A stretch of DNA of 63,523 nt, counting the filler, from Choristocarpus tenellus KU-1152 (taxonomy: Eukaryota > Protista > Phaeophyceae): assembly GCA_964200185.2 (NCBI GenBank). It is 11 parts of 11 records of this genome, joined end to end, with 100 filler letters (N's around TTAATTAATTAA, not from the genome) between each part and the next. Parts side by side here need not be neighbours in the genome. Positions count along the whole stretch, not along the records: positions 8,697 to 12,787 come from CAXNAD020016271.1; positions 12,888 to 25,070 come from CAXNAD020001934.1; 9 more parts are not named here. One strand, given 5' to 3'. Positions within the stretch are counted from its first letter, which is position 1; the number at the start of each line of letters is the position of its first letter. The notes beneath the pieces were generated by a model. It was not told where the DNA came from, ran no database searches, and worked only from the letters and a program-made list of their open reading frames with translations. Both the position numbers and the translations under genes were made by a program. Shown here in pieces: positions 12,401 to 25,070 of this stretch.

Positions 12401-13581
12401 ATGATTGAAAAATAGGTGACCGAACGTTCTAATATAGACCTGGTCAAGTATCTCCAAAATGTTGATGTAGTGCGTGGCATCTTTGTGAACCTTAGATGAT
12501 GGTATTCGATACACAAATCCGGTTTAAATTTGGGTGTACTCATATCTCAAGAAGAGATAAAAGAGGCATGTGCAGCGTGGTGTGAGGTTTGTTTCTCCTC
12601 CTCTTCCATGGTGATTCACGACACCATGCCTTTTGTAGATCAACGGCATTTAGTGAAGAAGACTAGAGATATTTTGGGGCTTGTGCAATATATGCATTGC
12701 ATAAACTTCTCAAGTCTAGTGCACTTCCCTACATCAGGGGGAGAAATGGTTCCCAGTTTCTTGGTGTCAAACTGTGCTAAGCCCTTANNNNNNNNNNNNN
12801 NNNNNNNNNNNNNNNNNNNNNNNNNNNNNNNTTAATTAATTAANNNNNNNNNNNNNNNNNNNNNNNNNNNNNNNNNNNNNNNNNNNNGGGGGTGGGTGTG
12901 TTCTCTCCCCCCATTTTACAAATTGGGGGGGGGGGGGGGGGGGTTGTGGCAATCTATAATCGGGGATATCCTTGTATAAGATTAATATATCATAAAATAA
13001 TCCTTGCCACAAATAGCGACCATCCACAATTCAACATGGTATTTATCCACTATCTTTTACACTCACTGCTCGAAGTGGACACATTCTCACATCAAATCCA
13101 ATCAAAGAGGCTACCCTATTTAATACCTATACCTTGGCATCACTACCACACCAGAACAACACAAACGGCCTTCATTACAATGACTTAAGTACTATAGTGC
13201 GTTGAACATCTGTTTTTGGTACAGAGGTTCAAAGGCATGTATCCTGTCCTTTTGAAGTACTGTTCGCTTGCATGGAATGGGCAAGGCATACTGTTTCTAC
13301 TGCCTCAACTTGTAGCCATGCATATGCTAGGTTGACACCAAGTTTCACTACAGTCACACCAAACAACAGTGCATTTTGTCATTTACTTAGATCATAGATG
13401 AAGTTGTGCACCCCGATCCTAAACCTTGAGCAGGAACCATTGGTATAACCACGCTATGGTGTGCAGAGCACACTACCAGGTGCCACTGTTGAAATAGTCA
13501 TCACACCATTGCAACCATGACAAAAGTGTTACCACCATTTTAACGACTTCTACAAAAATTAATTCACAGTGAAGAAGGTAC

Positions 13582-14579
13582 CTGAGTACTGATGATTGTG
13601 ACATTGAATCCCCACGACCCTCTTTGGCACATCGAAGCAATTCTGTCACATTACAGGCAGCATGACATTGCTGCAGCACCTCCAGAACCGAGTCAGTGTT
13701 CCCTTTCTTCAAGAAAGCTCGCATCACTGGTACAAAGCTCGCCTAGTGCATTTAGGTAACACAGGAGAAAGAGAAACAGATTGTGACGACTGCATATGCA
13801 CTAGGTAAATCGTGCGACTATATGAAAGATGACAACTCGTTTTAACTAGTAAGCGACACCTACAATATTTACGAAGAAGCCTCACACCTTGACCATCTAC
13901 ATCCTCTCACCGGTTGCGCGGCGATCCCCGCCGCAGTCATGCGCTCGTGCATTCGGAGGGCCTCGTGAGGCTTGTTGGCCTTCTCGCACATAAATATGGC
14001 AGCGGAAAAATGGCTCTTAGTGAGGATCGGGATCTCATCTAGGAGAGCTAGGGCAGCTTCCCATTGACCCTGTTTCCCGAGATCCCTGATACGCATCTCG
14101 AAGGTGGCTGGTTGCACTTTTCCCTGACCTCTGTTCACCCGTCGCTTTGCCTCGGACCATGACCTCCAAGAAACATTGTCAGCATCCGATGGGTACCTTC
14201 CTGTAGGTCTCCCTCCTGCAAGGCAATCCAGCCCTCCTGCGCCGTTGAGCACCTGCCCAGTCTCAGAGCTATTCTCCTCCCCGAACGAGTCCCAGTCAAC
14301 ATCGGACGGACGTGAAACGGCTGTCGGAGGACAGTGTGTTTCCCTAGCCCTCCATGTTTGCAATGACCAGGGCGAGGCAATGCCAGGTGGACGGTGACTG
14401 GAGGAACAGCTATTGCTAGGCCCCCATGCTTCTGCTGATGGCACCTGGTGAATGCAAACCCAGACACATCCAACTACAGCCGCACCGACGCTTTCATTGC
14501 CCCGACCCTTTCCAATGGAAACCGGCTTTCTCAATCGGACCACACGCTTGGTCGACCTTCTCGACGCCTTGGGGCACAT
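13582..14579 (-). CDS. Pentatricopeptide-repeat (PPR) protein, 5' exons, probably plastid-targeted
   Basis: Exon 1 14579-13911 (ATG...GKQGQWEAALALLDEIP; FSAAIFMCEKANKPHEALRMHERMTAAGIAAQP, donor GTGAGA). Exon 2 13742-13582 (ASFVPVMRAFLKKGNTDSVLEVLQQC, donor GTACCT). These are PPR helix-pair motifs. A hydrophobic stretch ends in AEA-W, similar to the heterokont ASAFAP cleavage motif. Confidence 0.78.
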
Positions 14580-15141
14580 GCCAAACAATATCCCACCACA
14601 GTAAACCCTGCTCTTTCCTCCTCCTCAACGTTACCCCACCCAGGTGAGCGCACCAGACTAATTAGTACACACCACTAGAGACACTGCCATCCTGCCCGAG
14701 GAACAGGAGTCAATGCACCATTCCTGTGCTTGTACTTGACTTTTGGAGATACACAATTGTTGTACTACATATAAAGTTATTTGGTGTGGGGTTTTGGTAG
14801 TTCATTGAAAACATATTTAGGGTTAGAGATTAACAAGACTGACAAAATCTCTCCATCTCAACACTCTTTACTCAAGTCCTCCTTTCGGCGTGCTATCGTG
14901 AACCTTTGGAACGTTCATTCGTGCTCTGAAAACAGTAATCACCCACTATCGTAATTACACAGGGGGGCTAAGCGATCGACTCATTTGGCGTGCGCAGGAG
15001 ATCAGGCTCCGCCACCCAGCTGTGATAGTGAACTCAACAGAATATACTTGAAGGGGGAGGGTACTTTTGTACTGGGAGAGAATTCAACACATGGTGTAAG
15101 ACTCACTGGTGGTTGACTATTCCCTCCCCCTTAACCGAAGC
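14580..15141. promoter_or_regulatory. Probable bidirectional promoter region (PPR / RNASEK-like)
   Basis: Divergent start codons at 14579 (-) and 15142 (+), about 560 bp apart on one contig. Inferred from layout only. Confidence 0.45.
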
Positions 15142-16169
15142 ATGTGCACTATAGGGTGCTGCTCTCAATTCTGTGCTCTTCTCTCCATGTTTGGGATTTT
15201 TTTTCTGCTGAGCCTCGGCTCGATGTTTCACCAACAGCCGTTCTACACCGACGAGGAGATTTGGCATGATGGAGAGGAGGATGATGCATCGAATAACTGC
15301 TACGTTGCGGGTGGAATCTATGCCTGCACTCTAGTGGTGAGTGAGCTCAGGACGTGATTGTGTTGTGTGTCAATCGCAATTCCTATAATTTATATTTACG
15401 CAAACGTATCAATTGCACAAACCCTACCCCCCCAACACTCTTCCGTGACATGTGAAGAGGTAGTCTTTTGTTTAAAGGGGAGCTGAAATTGTTGGATAGA
15501 GAAGATGTTGTCACAATCTTAACCTCCACCTTATCGATCGGGAGGATTGTTGGACGTGCCATGATCCCACCTGGCGCGCACATCTGTTGGCCATCCCTTG
15601 AGATATAGCTGCCTCGGATTATTGCTATTAATAATGTACTATGAGAGTAGAACTATGAACAAGAAATAGTTGTACGCCTGGTAAGATCTTTGGATGCAAG
15701 GTTGATGCTTCGCACCTGCATTTGAGCATGCATGCATTATTCCCTCTGGATACATGGAATATCCTGCAATTACCTCTGGTCAAACACCTCATGCAGATAT
15801 TCCTACTTGTTTCCATGGGATGCCTCGCGTAAGGTTTGAACAGTACCTCAGGATATCTACTTAAATTTCATTCCAAACATGTGTCACCAGTGTGATGTTT
15901 AGCATTGCCAAGAGTCGAACAACCCTTGGCAGTGAGCATGCTACTGTATCTAACAATATTAATGAAAGTTCCTGACGCCTCTGCCTGCCCTATCCCCTTC
16001 CCCTCCCCAGCTGTCTCTGTTTGGTTTGTGGTACGACAAGAGAAGGGAACAAACTAATTCTAGCCTGGTCACTACAGGCGGGAACCACGTGGGTGCTATA
16101 TTTGGGGAGGCTGGGCTCCCCCCACCACCGCCAGAACACTTTGAGGCTGAGAACAACACATCAGCATGA
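15142..16169 (+). CDS. RNASEK: Ribonuclease kappa / V-ATPase V0 subunit f homolog (2 exons)
   Basis: Exon 1 15142-15336 (MCTIGCCSQFCALLSMFGIFFLLSLGSMFHQQPFY...ASNNCYVAGGIYACTLV, donor GTGAGT). Exon 2 16011-16169 (LSLFGLWYDKRR...TSA*). Two TM helices and the CC..C..LS.FG / NC..A..IY pattern match the RNASEK family. Confidence 0.8.
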
Positions 16170-16199
16170 TGGGATACCCATAGGTGTCTGGATATTGTC

Positions 16200-17250
16200 T
16201 TTGCATCCGCTGATGGGAATGAAGCCCCCTTCCCCCTTCAGAGTCCACCTACATTTTAGTGTAGTGTCAAGTTCAAGAAGGGAGATTGGGTGCATACCTG
16301 CTCCTGTGTTTTTGCTGTGAACAAGTACTCTCCAGTAATGCTTTGGTATTGCAGAGGGCAGTGCTTCTGTTCCCCTATACCACTCCAATGTCTTTTGTGA
16401 GTGTTCGCCAGATGATAAAGTAGCACTGTCAGAGAGGAGGTGGAGAGCACTCTTCCTTTTATGTAGATTTTGTCTCTGGATTCTGGTTAGTATTACGACT
16501 GATAGTTGTTTTTTTATCATAGTTGTATTTTCTTCATGGGCCTGGCTCATCCTGGGTTGCTTGTTTGGGACACGAGACCAGTTTGCAGTACAGCAGCCTG
16601 CCGCATGATGCCAATCCTCTGAATACTATTTGCTTCTTTGTAGAAGTCCTAGCTCATGGTGAAGGAAGCTCATCATCAGCGAAGGACTTGCATTTTTGGT
16701 TTTAAAAAATTTACTGGATTTCTTGATGGATAATGTAAAGTCTCCAGGACACAAAAAATAAAAATGTGGAGACATGCTATCCAATAACCAATGTCGTCCC
16801 CAGCATAAGCAACAGGATTTTCACAACCTACTCCGGGCAGTGAGAAATGCACTGGCTTGTCTGAAGTAGCCTCCGCAGTTTTCTTGCAATTGAATATGAT
16901 GCCTCCCATGAGTCTGCCATGTGCGCCTTGTGCCTGCGATAGAAACCGTGGTAAGAAAGAAGAGTGTATTGCCCACATAGAGCGATATAGTGATAGGGGT
17001 ATGGATAGCAATCCATTGGCACAGAGGGTTGCAACTCTTGATTTGAGGGATGGTGTATCCATACCACCTCGGCAGATGTAGCTGCAGTCCCTTCAGCATC
17101 ACCATCAAGGGTGATACCTCCTTCCTGGTGTGCATGTCCATTTTGTTTATTGCACACAGGAACGAGATCTGAGGAGGTTTGTCCCTGTCGGCTAGTTATT
17201 ATTGCCCTGGGACGTGTGTTGTTGAGCAACACTGGGAGCAAACAAGGTAC
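16200..17250 (-). mobile_element. Degenerate non-LTR (LINE, RTE-like) reverse transcriptase remnant
   Basis: Frameshifted RT-like motifs in the expected order: GITL (~17110), QELQP.ANG, FADD (~16675), then a LLYG.E-like remnant. Many stops. Confidence 0.45.
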
Positions 17251-18349
17251 TCATAATCACTCCTGCTAGTGCTGCAATGTAAACCCAATCTAAGTTACCT
17301 CGCCTGTGCCATCCTCACAGCTTAAAAGGGTGGGGTGGAGGGGTATTAGGGGGGTATTGACTTAGGGGCTCGATAGGGATAGGAAAGATTTCTGATGAGG
17401 TGGTTGCAGGAGCTCAGCAAACAGTAGATCGTACGTATACACAGACATAATTGTGTCTCATGGCGCATTTTTACTAATTGTACTAAAATTCAAATTCAGA
17501 GTAGTTTGAGGGGTCCCAGACCCATGTGGTCGGAAGGTAGTAAAAAGAAGACGATACACACTGCTCAAGATATACGGTACATATCTGGTGATTGGTGGGG
17601 ATTGAAGCGACGATGTTAGGACTAGAGGTCAATGGTGGGAGAAGGTGGGATGCTTACTTACAACAAAACTGAATACTGTGTGACACAGTAGTAGATCAGT
17701 CCTCCCCTCTCCCCACCCACTCATCAAAAAGAATGTAGCTTGAGTGAGCCCGTGAGTGAGGCAGAATCTTTTCAGGCATTGCTTACTTGTGCACAAAGTA
17801 GAATACTTCAATATGTGAGCACCTAGTGCTACAGCATGCTCCATAGCTTACCTCCACAGGATGTGTAGATCCAAATCCACAGGTCCATAGATGATGCTGA
17901 TGCTCGTACAAGCCTCCCAGGATACTCCAACAGTCAACAGGTCCAACAAACTTAACGAATGCCAGCTCAGCAGAACAGGGTACTTTTCTAAATCAATATC
18001 ACTATATTAGAATATTACTAATATATCAAAATAGAAAAGTAAGGAGGTAGCATAGCTTATGCAACACTCTTTTGTTTTTTTATCATCTACCGTTTATTTG
18101 TTCTGGTTTACAGACGTTGGAATACATCTGAAAGCCGTGGCATACATTCCCGAGTTACATATCTTACTCTCTGCAACATTTAGCAAATTGGAGGTCCTCT
18201 TTATAAGGTTCCCACGCATGTATATTGCTTGCACTTGTTAAGACCGAGGGAAGAAACGCTTGCACTATTCGCCTGTAACGCTAGTACCATGTGCTTGATC
18301 GTTTGGAACAAGATAAAAAAAATGGACAGAACACGACAAAACCAAGATG

Positions 18350-19400
18350 CCGAGTAACTTCAATATCTCTTCATTATTAAAGAACAAAGGAGTAAGGCTT
18401 CAGTATCCGCAGCACTGGCAGACATTATCATTTAGCATCAGCAGACAACACTACTCTGGGCCCCAGATCTGCTCTTCCTATGTTCATCTTATCCCCTATC
18501 TTGAGGTTACCTTCAGAGAAGTATATATCCTCCAGATCTTAGAGTCACCTCTCATCATTGGGTTCTTTGGTGAAAATAGTTACCTACAATGAAACTCTTT
18601 TCACAAGCACACCCACTTCAATGGAAGCGCACTGGTGCACTTTCTGAAAAAAGTAACGTTAAGACTAGCTACTGCAAAACAGCACATTTTCAAGCTCAGT
18701 TCGCTCTACTATTCATTAAAACACTGCTCTTGAGTTTAAATTGTTGGTAGAAAATGGGGGATGGGGTAACAAGCAAGCTTCACACACAGATCCATCCAAC
18801 TCTCGATGTTTGATCCAAAGCATTTCGGATGGTAGGAGTTTACCCCTGTTCGCCTGTTCAGGGCTGGACTTCCCAAGGAAGGGGTGGATCTTACATAGAT
18901 CCTAATACTTCAAAGATTTGTTGCATGGTGGTGTTGCTAGAAGGATGTCTACTCAACACCTCACCCAACCACTTACCAGAAGAAAGAATTGAGTATCTAC
19001 CAGTTCTAGAACCAGTTTTACATCAACACACTTGTGTCCCCAAGATTGACCCGAACAGAGAGGTGATGATTAGGAAAAAAATACGCGGTGGAAGCGAGGG
19101 ATATCAGAGGAAAACTGAAAACATACCTTGATGGGTGGCGTGATTGAACTAAGATGATACAGTGAGGGTTTGGCACAATATAGTTGACCTATGTTACATT
19201 GATAGCTGGGACAGAAAATTTCTGGGAGGATAAGGAAGATACTAGATAACAATGGTCTGGCATATATGAAGCTGTTGGAAGAAAGTGTAAATTGCAAGTC
19301 AGTCTTCCTGTTTCTTTCTTGAGAAAACTGGAACTAGTGCATAAATATGCTCCAGCAAATCCAAAGGCTCAACCAGTCAGAAAGGTGCACTTCACCTAAG
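18350..19400 (+). mobile_element. Highly degenerate LINE RT remnant
   Basis: Decayed motifs in RT order: SGP (~18460), WK...KK...LSSLY (~18620-18710), QASF.HRS (~18770) and GV..GCLL (~18930). Confidence 0.35.
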
Positions 19401-20473
19401 ATTTAGTATTGGAAGCATGGCTTTTCGAGGTTGCCTTCAAGAGAAAAACTGATTCATGTTCATTTTCTCAAGTGACTCAATCAAAACTAAAGCATATAAC
19501 CCTACCCTTCGCAGCTACTGGAGATCGAAATAAACGAGCATAATAACCTTATATATATATACAAGCAACTTCTGTTTGGGAGGTGCAGAGTGCAGTTAAT
19601 TAACAACACAAAAAGACTAAGGTACGTCATGTTCGTGTCGTGTACGTGCAAGACGCATTGACATCCATGCCAATCCTTCGCTGACTAGTTAGAAAAAAGA
19701 GGATCACGAGGGTACCACCACCATTTACGGAAAGCTGCATACCATTGTTCGATTAACTCTATATGCCACCAACCATTGCCACTAATTCAATTGTCCTCGA
19801 TCATCGTGAGCGTCAGGGAGGTAAAACCTTAACGTGTTATACAGAGGTGCAGAGAACAAGCACCAGAGGTTTGATTGTGGGTTGTGAGGAGTTCGGAGCC
19901 ACTCAGAACGTATGGTAAACCAGATAAACGGCAGGAACTTTACATGCAATGGATTCTGAAGTCACAGTTATGGAAACACAAATTGACCATAGGCTCAACT
20001 GATGCACCCCCACTGTTTAGGAACCCACCCCCGTGTTCGTTTTGAGACAGCTCTCAAAAACAGCTTGTTCAATCACCTTTGTTACTTCCTATCATTACAT
20101 TGTGCCCATCCAATCACAATGTTGGGTAAGGTCGTGGATGGTGTGTGTGGCGCTCGATACTCTTTCAATGTTGTCTCCTGGACGAACGAGAATAGTGGGA
20201 GCGTGAATATTCTGAAGAATGGGGGACGGGCTGTTCACGATAGCACGGAAGGGATAATCAATCCTATCTCTAGGCTTGGATTGCATGTTCTGTGAACAAC
20301 ATGCACGCGTTTCTTTAGATGAGAACTCTTTTTGAAGATATTCTACCACACGCACATCCAACACAATCGGCAATGGATTTTGAAGTAGATTTTGATGTGA
20401 AGTTGGAGTTTGATAATGGAACAATGAATGTTGGGAGACTCCACATGGTTGAATTCACGGAAGAGGTAGGGTC

Positions 20474-23423
20474 ATGGGCTCACGACTCAAGTTGACATGC
20501 GGGACAAAGACTTTATGGGATATCTGTTTTTGGAGAAGGGATGTGGTCTGTCAACGACACTGGAGTTGGTGTTTGAATGCAAAAAGAGATGCGTCTGGTC
20601 TTGCTCCTGGGACACCAGACTATTTCGAGGTGGGTTGTTACTTGCTTTGCTTAGGCTTTGACTCTACTCTTTTTCGCTTTCTTATGCTCAGCCAAGTTCC
20701 CCAGTACGCCCCTTCGCAGTGGACGCTGCAAAGCACTCCCTCTTCTCTCGCACCCAGTCCCTATTTGTGCTCATCCTCTCTCCTCGGGAGTATATTTCTT
20801 TCTACTTGAATATTTATTGTTGACTGTTTATATGTGCCTTTGTGCCATGATTTTTCCGCCTTTGTCTTGGCCTTTGGGAGATTAAGAGTCTACTTCGCCG
20901 CCTAGAGTTTCTTCTATCGGTTGCAGTGGTAGGAGTGTCTGGGGACATCTTCTTAGCTCGCCATTTTTTCAACCTTGTGGACTCCTTCAATCTCAACTGA
21001 ACCACTGAACTTGAAGGGCCTCGAACAATCAGATCTCAGCTAGACTCGTGTTGAACTTAGTACACAACCAACACATTCGCCCCGTTGATAGTCCCACAAG
21101 TCTGGACTCGCGGTACTGTGCACAAGTATGGGTTTCCGCTTAGTGTAGGTATATTTTCATCGACTCATATGAGACCTTCAAAGTTAAAATGTGAAAGGTT
21201 TTGGCAATGGTGTCATCCCCAGTTATGCTTTCCTATACTAGGAAGATGCTTTATTGTGTTTAGACAGTCTCTTTGCATTTTCCCGTAACTGATGCTAAAC
21301 TTACCCGCATCAAAAATGGAATTCTGGAAGGGTCTGTTCATTAGGCATGGCTGGTCCCCTGCCGTTTAACCGTGTGCATCTTGTATCATTTGCCTGTATG
21401 ACCCATGCTTATTGAAATAGTAGATCCTGCAGGTGAACCGGGATGCCAGTCAAAGTGACATCAAGAAGAAGTTCTACCGCCGTGCCAAAGAACTACACCC
21501 TGATGTCAACAGAAAGGTGCATCCTGATGAAGCCAGACGGAAATTCCAGGAGCTGGCTGAAGCATTTCAGACTCTTTCAGACGAAGAACTTCGAGCGAGG
21601 TGTGATAGTTCGATCTGAGCTTTCCCCCTCGCTCACCTTGCATCTGCGGTGTAGGACCTGCCTGAGAGTTGTGCTGCTTTCCCTCCAGCAAAATCTGTTT
21701 CCTCATCTACCTTAATATTTCCCCACTTTTCCTCCCATGCCTTGAAGCCACATCATGATGCTAGATCTTCGTAAAAGTGGGACTTTCAAGGTAGAGACTC
21801 CCCAAAAGGATGGACACAAAACTTGGGAGGAAGATGTGTGGGACTCTTGGGATTTTCCCACTGCTGAGGAGGAATCAGCACCCAATGGCCCCACTAACTT
21901 TGGCAACTTGAATGACATACAAAACCAGGCAATCCGCAGGCGGGACTCTTGGATGGAGGAACTTCGCAAAGGTGGGAGTTATTCCCTTGGGGGTTAGCTA
22001 GCTGAGGCCCTCCATCAGCTGCACCTGTTTGGGCATCATGTTTCTATTTTGATGTTTGTCGATCTGAGCAACCCATTTATCCCTCTATGACTTTGTGTTT
22101 TTCTTTATGTGCAGTAGAATCGTGCTCTCTTCATTTGCATGTCACCCACTTTAGCTGCCAATACCACTTGAACTCTTATCTTTTCTAGAGCTCGATTCTG
22201 CCCTGGCTAAAGCTTATCAAGGACCTCACTTCGATCCGGCAAAGGAAATGCGTATGTATCCATTTGACTTTGAGGCAGAGGAGAGAGCATCGCCCAGCAG
22301 GCACAATCATGTCCTCCAGATTGTCAGCGGGCGTCAGCTTCTTGGGTTTGTGAGGGAGCGACAGTCAATGGCTCTTGGTCCTGGTGAGGTTGTGAATAGG
22401 CACATCGCCTGTTCTACCACTCCTGATGCCATTGCTGGTTGCTGTGACCTTGGGGAGTCTGAGCTCAAAGTGAAGGCAAGGAAGGAAAAGCAAGGAGATC
22501 CTTGGGCGAGGAAGGGTGCACCCAGGAGCTTGAAAGGAAGATTAGAGTCACCAGCAGCAGAGGCAAGGCTGGAAGCAAGGTGTACAAGTGGTGCTGATGC
22601 TAGTGCTGTCAATGCGGGTGGGATTTTAGCCACAAGGAGTGAGAAGCCAGCAGTTCTTGAGTTGGTGTGGATGGGAAAGGTTGTGGCAGCAGCGTTGTCA
22701 CAAGAGGAAGAGGGTGTTGCTTCAGAGGTTAACCGCAAGGATACGCATGGAGGAAGTATCTGGGGGAGGAAGGGGTGCCAAAGGGGTATCAGTTACACCC
22801 TGACGGTGCACGGAAACAGGGATGCATGGAGGCAGTCTCCATGTAGAGGGGGATTAGGAGAAGAAGTGGGAGACATTCTAGAGTCAAGCGTCATTGCTCA
22901 AGTGCATGGACCAGGGCTGTTGCATACGCGTGATGTTTCGACTCGTACAATAGTGAGGGATGCAGAGGGTGAAATCTCATACAGGGTGGTGTCAATGTGG
23001 ACCCCAGGGGTTTATAAGCTTGCCTGGATTTCAGCAAAAACTGGGCAAACAGAGTGTAGAGCATCCCGTGGTTGGTTGCCACCGTCTCACCTGTGGTACT
23101 TTGCCCCACGAGCTAAGACTCACAATATTGGGGGCTGGTACTTTGAAAGAGGTCCCTCAAAGAGGTCAAACAGGAAGGTAAAAGATGACCAGTGGGAAAT
23201 GCTTGGCGATAACTCTGCTCTTTGTGAAAATTCCACACTAGATCCTTGCATCCCCATACTGATGGCAGCACACAGGACGATGCTGAGAGAGAAGGAGGAG
23301 GTACGGGAAACACGGGGAACTGAACCTCACTCAACGTTTTCTAATATGCTATCATCATGGTGGCCTTATGATGTGGGTGGGAAATACAATGGAAGTAGGT
23401 GGAATAGTGAGCGGAAGGTGTAG
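20474..23423 (+). CDS. J-domain (DnaJ type III) protein with long C-terminal region (4 exons)
   Basis: Exons: 20474-20629 (...PDYFE), 21424-21599 (ILQVNRDASQSDIKKKFYRRAKELHPDVN...KFQELAEAFQTLSDEELRA, HPD motif), 21748-21971 and 22189-23423 (LDSALAKAYQGP...FEAEER...WLPPSHLWYFAPRAKTHNIGGWYFE...*). Splice phases are compatible. Confidence 0.88.
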
Positions 23424-24559
23424 TCCTTGTATGTAAAGAATGCACAGGTGAACACTGAAATAGAGAGTTCATTACTGGCATGTAGGTGTGCAAGGCCAAA
23501 GGCCATTACCGTGGAGAATGAGTACTGTGTCTGTTTTGACATTTTTTGAGAAGTCGACACGCAGGTTGTCTCTTCCACCTACAGGACTGTTTTATCCTAT
23601 TATTTTGTTGCTTGGAGGTGTTGTGGATTTGGGCATCTGCCGCGTAAGGTTGATGATTTTAAATTTTTCCAAGACACAATTTTTGCCTTATTCTTCATCT
23701 TGAGAAGACAAGTGTATTATCTGTTTGTTGCGATGTTGTGAAATGCGATACTGCAATACAGAAGGAATACTGACTGACATTTCAACTGTTATTCATCAAC
23801 ATAACTCGATCGTACACCCCAAGTATTCTGCTGTTGTGATCACCTGCCAAGCAGCAAAGTACATACAGCCAAAACATCGGTGGCCTTCCGATTTTGAGGA
23901 CAAATCGGAGGTTTCTGCCAAGCATATTTGAGGAGATGGGTAATAGTTAAGGTAAGTATTTAAATGCATTATATTATCGAGGGTTGCAAGTTTAGAAAGA
24001 AAATGGTACCATAGAATTAGAACTATTGACATATTTAGTATGTGTCAAGGATAATTTTCATATTTTTCAAAAGCTGAATAAGGTCGACCCATTCCACTAC
24101 TTCTGATTACATGAGAATTCCTGCTCAATTTCTTTGCGTAGATCAAATGATCATCAAACACAATACTACAACTTCCAAGTAAATACAACACTAGATTAAA
24201 GAAACAACGGAACTTGAACTTTTACTAAGCTTCGCCACAGTATATCCTGATTTATTATTAGAAGATTTCCATAATAGTGTTTCAAGCTCTTTTTTATAGA
24301 ATTTTATGGGTTTGAAGACGATATCTTCAACAAATATTCCCAAAAAGACACATTGCACCTAAATAATATATATTTGTAGATATTTTTGTCAAAGACTTGA
24401 TTACCTACCCCAAGAAGATGTAAGGCAAGCTTACCCTGCTTTTATTTGCTCTTGAATAAGGCAAGGCCACTCTCAAATTGTGCTAATGATGAGATTATGT
24501 TAAATATTTCCTCTGCTCGGAATTGAATGTAACGTACCTTTTGCAGCCCTGATGAAGAA

Positions 24560-25070
24560 GGAAGACTATTTTCACATGTTCTTATTTTATGGTGTACTGT
24601 GTAGACACTAAGAGGTTGCCCACCAAAACCTCTCAATCAAAATGGGGCAGCCTACACCTATCTATGATTCCGCCCCTAAAGGCCCTCCAAAATTCCACTC
24701 TAGCAGAGTATTTCGCCACATCCACCGGGCATTCAGGGGGAGCTTGCCTGCCTTCTCAGTCTTTTCATTGCCAACATGTGGAATTTTGGAGACATTGTCA
24801 CCCTTGGACCCAGCACTTCGCCATAGACTGTGAAGTGACACTGCCAGATGTACTCTAGTGCCTCCTGGGGGTACACATCGACCGCCTCCATTATGGCCCC
24901 CACCTTCTCTGTGTTGGTCACCCCCACGTCTTCCTTGAGTTGCCAGATAGAATGAAAGAACCCCAGGCCGTTAACGTTGGGTAAGGTGAGTTGACTGGTC
25001 AGGTGTCTATGACAATGTCGTCCCCCACTGCCTCCTCAATTGCCTCCATGATCCCCCCCTTGGTGTATGG
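24560..25070 (-). mobile_element. Degenerate non-LTR retrotransposon RT remnant (possibly CRE-like)
   Basis: VGDDIVI (YxDD-like) followed by QLKEDVGVTNTEKVGA. Frameshifted and cut by the contig end. Confidence 0.3.

Noticed and set aside
19800-20430. Possible Ty3/gypsy pol remnant on the minus strand
   Set aside because: Only a weak LPY.L..APNS resemblance and no intact YxDD motif; too degenerate to call.
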